Position numbers and translations under genes: made by a program. The notes below the pieces were generated by a model. The model was not told the origin of the DNA and searched no databases. It saw only the letters and a list, made by a program, of their open reading frames with translations. Of a stretch of 24,081 nt of DNA, positions 11,601 to 19,303 are shown piece after piece; positions within the stretch are counted from its first letter, which is position 1; every line of letters begins with the position of its first letter. This DNA comes from Peribolospora baueri (taxonomy: Eukaryota): assembly GCA_029717555.1 (NCBI GenBank), contig JAMDHS010000056.1:124001-148081 (forward strand), read 5' to 3'.

Positions 11601-12171
11601 GCTGTTTAGGCGTGTCTCGACAAGGCTCCTATGTAATGGTCTCTCGGCCTCCCTCTCTTCTCTACCTGTCGCTCCTCTCCCGTCCATTTCCTCGCACAGC
11701 GGTGCCCCAACTCCCTTCGAATGAAAAGGATAGGAGGACGCACGACAACCTTACTTTTTGACATATCGCCGCTCGTTTTGCCCGTCCATTGTTTCCATAC
11801 AGCGGACGCGCCCGTCGCGTCGCGACTGCGCTGGCCGGCGCTCCGTCGCTTCGTCGCTCCTATCCAGGCCTCTCCACCGCTCGACGATGCCCCCAGAACG
11901 GAGAGGGGAATCCTGGGCGGAAGAAAAAAAAGAAAAAAAATGCACGGCGAGAGCCGTCCTTCCGTCGACGATTTCGTTTAACTTGACAGCCGCCGGGATG
12001 TGCTTGACAGAAGAAAGCGGTCGAGTGCGTGTCTGTAAGTGCCAATGATGGCTGTGTTGGAGGAAGGCGTGGCAGCCGGAGCTCTTGGTGAAAGGGAAAA
12101 AAAAAAGACTGGCTGGCTGGCTGGCTGGCTGGCGAGTTTGCATCGGTCGGGAAAGAAGAGCATGGGCTCTC

Positions 12172-12177
12172 TATAAA
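12172..12177 (+). promoter_or_regulatory. Canonical TATA box followed by a CT-rich tract
   Basis: CTATAAAGG at 12171-12179, then pyrimidine-rich sequence at about 12190-12230, which is typical fungal core promoter architecture. No long ORF follows. Confidence 0.35.
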
Positions 12178-12287
12178 GGACCGTCCAGACCTTCCTCTCC
12201 TCTCCCTCTATCCATTCCTCCTTCGCCACTACCGCCAAACCTTCTACCAGCAGTCCACTGAAAAGCCCTGGGTACACGTGTCCGCGT

Positions 12288-12410
12288 ATGCCCCTTGCCT
12301 TCACTACCGCCACCGCCAACCCGTCTGTTACGCCCGCCTCCCACTTTGCTCTCCACGCGGTCGACGCAGGGATGGCAGACACCACGAGGTTCGTCATTGG
12401 CTACTCGTAG
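12288..12410 (+). CDS. Putative 40-aa small ORF MPLAFTTATANPSVTPASHFALHAVDAGMADTTRFVIGYS
   Basis: First ATG after the TATA box at 12172, ending at TAG 12408-12410. No homology recognised. Confidence 0.2.
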   Translation: MPLAFTTATANPSVTPASHFALHAVDAGMADTTRFVIGYS

Positions 12411-13305
12411 CCGTGTACAGACGGAGGGGCGCCGGGCACCTTATCTATGATCTTCTTCCTATGGGGAAGGACAACGAGCAATATGCTCTCTAGACACTTT
12501 GGGGAACATGAGTTGAGGTGAGCCTGCAGATAAAGACAGCGGCCTGCCACTCCCTGAGCCTTGCCGTCGGAACCATTCCCCCATTCACGCGGCATCTCCC
12601 GCAACCTCCGACCTTTGGCTTTCGGCTCCATGTGCCTTCTCGGTGACGGGCGCCTCATAGGTTGTTCGTCGGCGCCACCCTTTCGAGGAATAGGCCGGTC
12701 AACTCCCGATGGTGACGACAAACGACACGGGAGACGTCAAGGCGAAACCGGACCCCTTCCACCCGTCAACAAGTCTCTAACCTTCCGATCGACAGAGGCT
12801 ACCATCTACTCCGCCGCCGCCGCATCGTCTGGCAGCGGACGGAGGCGCGCATTCTCGAGGGAAGACTATGACACCGTACCAAGGTCTATGCTAAAGGCAG
12901 CGATCTACCGGGACACCTTGTGGCGAGCGTCCGTGGTCAGAGGTCGGCTCTTTCCATCTAGTCAAGACGCGACTTGTCCGTCCAACCAGCCCATCAAAAT
13001 ATACGACATACCAATGCTGGCATCACCGCTCTGGACACATCCGTAGGCGTGAGCCTTGGGTACGGAAAGATGAGGCACGAGTTGAGCCGAATGACAAAAG
13101 AGGACGGCCAAGCTTTCCATGATGAACGTGCATGCCCCGCCATTTCTTCGTTCCACGACACCTTGACAAGCCCAGCGAGTACCGTCGTCAAATGGGAGCT
13201 GCAAGACGGCGTAAACATATCCATTGCAGAGTGACACTCGTCCAGGTCATTGTTGCCAAACAGCCTTGGGCGGCAAAAGCGATGGGAAGCGACTTGAGCG
13301 ATCAA
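12401..13305 (-). pseudogene. Degenerate APH/choline-kinase-like phosphotransferase (protein-kinase-like fold)
   Basis: 13237-12965 translates as ..VLQLPFDDGTRW..IMESLAVL..LSVPKAHAYG..SIGMSYILMGWLDG, matching the fungal APH N-lobe pattern (FxDGxxW, MESE, VPKVxAY, IGxxYILMExIxG). The same frame continues with ARHKVSR*IAAFSIDL and GRGPVS, through stops at 12964-12962 (TGA), 12907-12905, 12868-12866, 12808-12806 (TAG) and 12739-12737 (TGA). Boundaries are approximate. Confidence 0.75.
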
Positions 13306-13743
13306 AATACTAAGAAATTTGTCAACGCTACGCTTAAATTGCGGGACTCCCGCCCTACCCTCACCGAAGCAGATTCGGGCCAGCCCTTGGATCAGGAAAT
13401 TCGAGAAACCAGCTCAGATCGACCTGCGAGCTCCACACGACTGAGAGACAAACATCTGTCCGCTTACGATGGTCCAAAATGTGGAGAGGACGTGCAGAAA
13501 CGCACCCAAACATCTGCATATTTACCCGACGAAATAGGTCACGTGCCATGAATCCAAGAGTGAGGTAATCGAGTCGGCGACGAGACGACGTTCTTCCCGA
13601 ACTTGCTCCGTCACCTTCTCGTTCTCCCAGCGACCACAACCAGACTTTCTGCCTCTGACATGGTCAGCTCAGAAACGAAGCAGCCCAGTACATAAGCGCA
13701 GGGGCTACTTCCATTCTCCACCCTCCATCCCCACCCTGCGCCA

Positions 13744-15243
13744 ATGCCGCCCAAACGAAAAAAGGCGCGCACAGATGAGCGCCCCGCGGCGGTCGAGACG
13801 AACACTGCGGAGGAAAGGAGAAGGAAGGCGCCGAGCAGACCGGTGACGCTGTACGACGTGTCCTCTTTGCGCTACGGCCACCTCCGCTACGGTCGGTCAT
13901 TGCACGGGGATACCTCTAACGGCCCTAGAGCCGTTCTCGTCTCCGAACTGCAACCGTCAAAAGTTGATGGCGAACTCGTGCCGGCTCACGACATTGTGGA
14001 CACTCAGGCGCGAGAGCAGCAGCGCGGAAGGAGCAGAATGAGGACGAGAGTATCTAGCGATATCGCACGTCCGGACCGATACGGCTTCCTGCAGGCTTCC
14101 GACGCGTATGGAGTGCAAGACGTGAAGAGGATGAGGCGATCGCATCTGGATCGTGCTCGAAAGAAGGCGAACCGGTCCAACCAGACGACGGAAGGTGTTT
14201 CCGACTGGGATATGGAGGGGACGGCTGCATCACGCGCCGGCGAGGGCGGCGGCGGGACGACCGATATTCAAGGGGCCGACGCTCCAACTCGTCCTGCGAC
14301 TCCTTCATCACCCATATCACCGCGTGTCGGTGATTCCGACGCAGACGCCGAAAGAGAGCATGCGGCCGAGACGCCTCGCACCAGGTGGCGGGTGACAAAA
14401 TCGGGTATGCACACTTTCGCTCACGATCCAAAGATGGAGTTCTTGGACGATCTGAGGGGAGGGGAGGGGCCATTGGGTGGTTTGCCTTCGTCGGTGAGTG
14501 AGCGCGAAACGGCGCTTTGTCGCCACCGACGCTTTCGATCATGCAGACGCCCATCGCCTGTTCTCCCCCGTCTGGCCGCTTGCTCTTCCAGTCTCTGTTA
14601 ACGGCGATCCACCACCATGCAGCGCAATACTACGCCTCTCGCTCTCTCCTCCGACCTCCCTCGCCGCCCCGGCTCTCTTGGAAAGAGAAGAGGAAGGTTA
14701 AAGCGGAGACTGCCGAGTCCACAGATCAATTGCTCTCGGACGAGAGCGAGTCATCGCCGTATGAGGACGAGGAGGACGAAGCGGACGAGGAACGGGGACG
14801 AACCCCAGGAAACGATGAGCTCAGCACGAGCCAGTCCTCCTGGCCAGGTCTAGAACTGTTCCGAAAGGACATGCATCGCGCTTTTGACGAGAGTGCCTTG
14901 CTGGCTTTGGGTGAGCGGGTCGAGTCAAGCCAAGGCGGGCGAGCGTGCTTCTTGGTCCTCCGCCGCGCCATCTCACTTTCACGCTCACCATGTCACCTTT
15001 TCTTTCCACCTTTTGGTTCACCTCAACACGCTCTCCTTTCGCCGCTTGTCTGCAACGCCCGCACACGCGCGCGTGACAGGCATTCTCCTCGAAGAACACG
15101 TCGCCCACCAACTCTCCTCGTCTTCCTTTCCTCGGCCTTCCATTCCCCGTGGGCGCTCCAGGTCCCGGTCCCGGTCCAGATCCACGATCAAGTCGAGGCC
15201 AGAGGCGAGGGGGAGTTCTCGGAGCGGTGTCATTGCTAGATAG
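13744..15243 (+). CDS. RRN10: RNA polymerase I upstream activation factor subunit Rrn10-like protein (410 aa, or 386 aa with an extra intron)
   Basis: Exons 13744-14493, 14592-14910 and 15080-15243, with a possible additional in-frame intron at 13892-13963. Splicing yields VTLYDV, LPSS|SLLTAIHHHAAQYY and AFDESALLALG|ILLEEHV, resembling the fungal Rrn10 blocks TVYDAV / LPxSDLLKAIHxYASxFY / DETALLAxGILLEE. There is a basic N-terminal NLS, MPPKRKK. Confidence 0.75.
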
Positions 15244-16141
15244 CATTGTCTTGTCGACCTGGTGCGGTCGACTCGATCGCCGTTTCGAAGCGCACCAGGG
15301 CTTCCTAGCCAACCCGCCCCTGAGGCATCGTTGAAACACCTTTGCCCAGCGCCCATTTGCCCTTCCCCAACTGGCTCCCACCTCTTCAGGTGCCGGTCGC
15401 TTGCCCCACCTCCTCTCTAGTGAGATCACTTGCGCACGTCCTGTATTTGTACCGCTCCCTCATTCTGCAATCGTCGGGCCTACGCAGCTTTACGGCGACC
15501 ACAAACCGCTCAGCGTCCCGAAACATGTAGCCCTGCTCGTCCACTGCTGGTGCCTTCGCGGACGTGCGGCCCCTGCAGAGGCAGCGGCGCTTCTCTGGCG
15601 TCGAGATCGTCTTGCTGGCCACATACATGCCTTGACGTCGCCCTCATCATGCTTTCGTCCAACGATTGCGCACACAAGGCTGCTCGACCGTGCCGTGTAT
15701 CGTTGTGATCGAAGACCTTCGAGTTCGGCGTCACCGCCTCCGCCCCACACCCGCTCGCCGTCGGGGACGCGTCGAGCGGCGCCCACTATTCTCTTCCGCC
15801 CCTCCGCGGAAGGCAGGTTACAACGGCTACACATTGCACTGTACATGTACATGTCTCGTAACTGCTCTCCGTCTTTCGAATACAGCGAGCGCGCTCGACT
15901 TGTAAGCAGTCAGTGGGCCTAGTCGCGGCAGCAAGCGGTGACGTGCCATGCGCTTCGCTGGTGCTCCGGCCACGCCGGCCCGGGTCGAACGAGGGTCGCT
16001 TAAAAGCAGCGACACCGCTCAGAGACCGACCGTCGCTGGTTCCTCATCCCAACCTCCTCTTCTCCTCCGGACCTGGTGTCCCCTTTCTCCAATCCTCACT
16101 CTCCCTTCCCTTCGCCTTCTTTCGTCGACGATTAAATCACC

Positions 16142-16632
16142 ATGAAGCTGGCCTTCTCCTCCGTCCTCTGCGTTCTCGCTCTCACCGCCTCCTCTTCCGT
16201 CCTCGCCGCCGACACGGCGGCCGCCCAGGTGAGCTTGCTTGGCACTCCCTCCTGTCCCTCTTTCCTCGGACGGAGGAAGTACTGAAAGAGAACCCTTCCT
16301 ATCCCTTCCACCCTTCCCCGCCGCCGTTCTTCACTCCGTCCGTCCGTCGCAAGCCGCGGGCCACCATTCTGCCGCCCTTCGCCGCGCGCGGCGCTGCCTC
16401 CACGAGCGTCGGACCGGACGGCACCGTCTCTGTCACGACCGGCGGCGCCGATTCCGTGAGCTCGGGCCCGTCCGGCACCACCGTCACCACCGGCGCCGGC
16501 GTCAGCAGCAGCAGCAACACCCACACCGAGGTGACGACATCGTCGTCGACGGACGGCGCGCTCATGGCGCGCGTTCCGACCGTCGCGTTCGCCGGCTCTG
16601 CACTCGTCGCCGCGAGCCTGCTTCTAGCCTGA
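16142..16632 (+). CDS. Small secreted Ser/Thr/Gly-rich, probably GPI-anchored cell-surface protein, 121 aa
   Basis: Exon 1 16142-16228 (MKLAFSSVLCVLALTASSSVLAADTAAAQ, signal peptide), intron 16229-16353 (GTGAGC..AAG), exon 2 16354-16632. The product ends SSSTDGALMARVPTVAFAGSALVAASLLLA*, i.e. a small-residue omega region followed by a hydrophobic tail. Confidence 0.85.
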
Positions 16633-18485
16633 TTTTTGATTTGTCTGGGCAACGGGGGTGGGGTAGGGTGTCCTGTCATGGTCAGGGGTCATGGAGACGG
16701 TCGTCGCCCCTTCCGTCGCTTCCATCAAGTCGGCCGAACGGGGAGTGGTCGTTCATCGACTCTTTAAATCATTATCTTTCACCATTTCTAGGTTTGGATG
16801 TGTGAAGAAGAGAGAGAGAGCGTCGGAAGGGGACCGTACGGCGCTCCGGCGCTCATTGAGGGTGGGGCTTGCGAGCGAGGGCATCCCCAGTCTCACAACA
16901 TTGTCATTCTCTGGACGCTGTGCTGCAGACATCTGGTACCTTTATTCAACTCTGCCCGCCCCGGCTGCTCCCTCCCGGAGGCTACCTTTGCGATCGCCGC
17001 CGTAGCGCACGGCTGCCTTCATCACTGGGGAGGCCGGGTCGATAGCGTACGCCTGGAGAGAAAGCGTCGTTCGTCTACTCAACGCTTTCAGGGCTGTGGG
17101 CTGGCCCTGCCGCCACAAAACGACACTAATCACTCCCATGACAGAGGCCTCGCCCTCAGCCTCGTCCAAAACAGGTGAACTGCAAGCTGTGTTAAAGAAG
17201 GACGTGACGCGTTCGGTGAGCGCAGATGAAACGACGGGCGAGAACGGCCCGTGCGAAAAGCACAACGTCGGGCGTTTTTCTTTTCTTCCTCCGTGTCGCC
17301 ACTAAAGACGATGAAGGAGTGGATAAAGTGAGATGTCGATGAGTGGCTCCTCGTTGCGAGAGGAAAGGGCGCGCAGAGGACAGGTAGCTGCTTATGCTGC
17401 TTGGATCAACCGGCTCGCCTCATTGTGGGTTCGCCTTGCAGCATCGCTAAGAGAAAAGGAAAGGAGAGGAGGCACGAGTGAGAGGCAAGCCGACAGTGAA
17501 TCTGAGGGGGACACGATGAGAATGCCAGAGGAAAGTCAAGCTTTTTTTCGCCGATTCTGAGAGCGCCCATTATTATACGCCCGTTTCGACGTTGCGGAGA
17601 ATTGCATCGGCGGTGCCCCGCACCTGAGGGAGGGAGGTGCTGAACGTTGGTCCTCGATAAAACGAACGTCAGGCAGAGAGGAGAGCGAAATCCGAGGCGG
17701 CCAACGTTGATGTCTCTGGGACACGAGACAGGGTACGCTATCGGAGAGCGAGCCAAAGCGGAAAGGGATGCAGAGACGGAAAAAAAAAGTCAAAAGGCCT
17801 GCTACCGGTCAGAAGACGTCGCGGACAACGCGTGGTGAGCGGCACTTTCATCCCGCCCCTGACGACATGAGACGCTCGCAGGGCTTGGCTCGCCAAGGAA
17901 GAAAAAAGACGTGGACTGGTTTATACTGATGCAAGTTCTAGAGGACGACATGGAAGAGACGGGCTCACGGGCTCATTGTAGTTATGTCTGTGGGGGAACC
18001 GTTTGGATAGTACATGGAGGCGGCAGGCGTGGAGAGACTGGCAGTCTCGGCTTGACCTTCCCAGCCCCATCCGCGTCCGCCCTCGACGTTGACCGCGAGG
18101 GACGAATGCAGGGCCGCGATTCGATGGATCGACCGATATTTTGTCGTGTAGGAGAGGGGCCTCAAGTTGACCTATCTATCTATCCCATCGACCCGGACTG
18201 TCCAATGATGATTTTGCCGCAAGAAGCACGACGTGGTCGTCGGGTCCAAAGGCGAGTGAGTGAGTGAGTGAGTGAGTGAGGGAGGGAGCAAGTGGAGTCG
18301 AGTCGTCGCCTTGCCCGTTGGTATGCTCTGGCCTGCTGACAACGGACGCGGCCCGCGCACGGATATCCACCCACCAGGGACGGTAGGGCAAACGGAAGAC
18401 GGAGGCGCAGACAGACGAGTAGGCCGTCGGAAGTGTCGGACAGTGGAGGTCTGCTGCGGCGGGCGGGCAGGCTGGGCGGGGGGTG

Positions 18486-18716
18486 TGACGTCATGGGGCC
18501 TTGCTTGCGCTGGCTGGGCGACACCGACCGGGCGGGGCCGGCGAGGCGAGGCGAGGTGACGTAACGAATGACATGCCCGGCTTTGTCTGTGGTTTTTTCT
18601 TTTTTCTTTCTTTTTTTCCTTTTTTTTTTTTTTTGCGCTTCGTTTGGCGGGCGGCCGGGGAAAGGCGGCCCAAGTTGGATGGGATGTGGTGTGATGTGAT
18701 TACACGACATGACGCA
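18486..18716. promoter_or_regulatory. Cluster of CRE/ATF-type bZIP sites upstream of wc-2
   Basis: Perfect TGACGTCA at 18486-18493, TGACGTAA at 18557-18564 and ATGACGCA at 18709-18716. Confidence 0.4.
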
Positions 18717-19117
18717 AGGCTGAGGCGAGGCTCGACAGAGGCAGACAGAGTGTTTATTTGTTCCTTCGCAAGCCTCCTTTTCTTCCTGCCTTGTTTCTTC
18801 AGCCATCTCAACCCGCTCATATTGGCTACCATCCATCCCATCCCATCCACCTTGCCATCCATCCTCCACTCGCCCTCCCATCCTTCATCCTTCTTATACC
18901 TCACCCGACTTGTCGCCGTCGCCCGTCCGGAGCCCCCACCCGATCCATGTCCATCGCCGGCCGCTAGTGTAGCCAGCAATTACGCAAGGAAAACAAGGCG
19001 CGTTCTGTCGTCGTCGGACATCCGCTCTCGTGGCTCAACTCGCTCCCTGCGCGGCGCTCATTTGCGCCTCGGGCATCCCATCCGCTTGACCGCCGACCGC
19101 CGACGACGCGACCGACG

Positions 19118-19180
19118 CCATTTCCATTTCCATTTCCATCGCATTCCGTTTCCATTCCATTCCATTCCATTTCCATTTCC
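19118..19180 (+). repeat. Imperfect (CCATT/CCATTT)n repeat in the wc-2 5' leader
   Basis: CCATTT CCATTT CCATTT CCATC GCATT CCGTTT CCATT CCATT CCATT CCATTT CCATTT read directly. Confidence 0.9.
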
Positions 19181-19303
19181 TTCCCTCTACCACTCCCTTA
19201 TCACCCTTCCCCCACCCTCCCCCTGCCAACGCACGTCCGTACACATACGCATACGCGTACTTAAGCGAGCGCACAGACGCAACAACACATATCATATCAT
19301 ATC

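Noticed and set aside
9339..11761. Several 150-330 aa ORFs in the region upstream of the C2H2 gene
   Set aside because: Built from microsatellites and low-complexity sequence, overlapping on both strands, with no motifs or coherent splice structure.
11978..12397. GLAVAVVK segment reminiscent of a beta-lactamase-family N-terminus
   Set aside because: It is the antisense of a (CCACCG/CTACCG) repeat-like tract, and no SxxK motif follows.
12958..12964. TGA-CTA-G readthrough context at the first stop of the APH-like frame; A-to-I repair of the TAG stops
   Set aside because: Four more stops (one TGA), frameshifts and eroded catalytic motifs follow. No PTS1 is exposed by readthrough, and stop-correcting editing is established for ascomycetes, not evident here.
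16691..18267. Short ORFs between the GPI gene and wc-2 as a possible gene or transposon remnant
   Set aside because: No transposase, RT or other motif, no terminal repeats and no consistent exon chain found.
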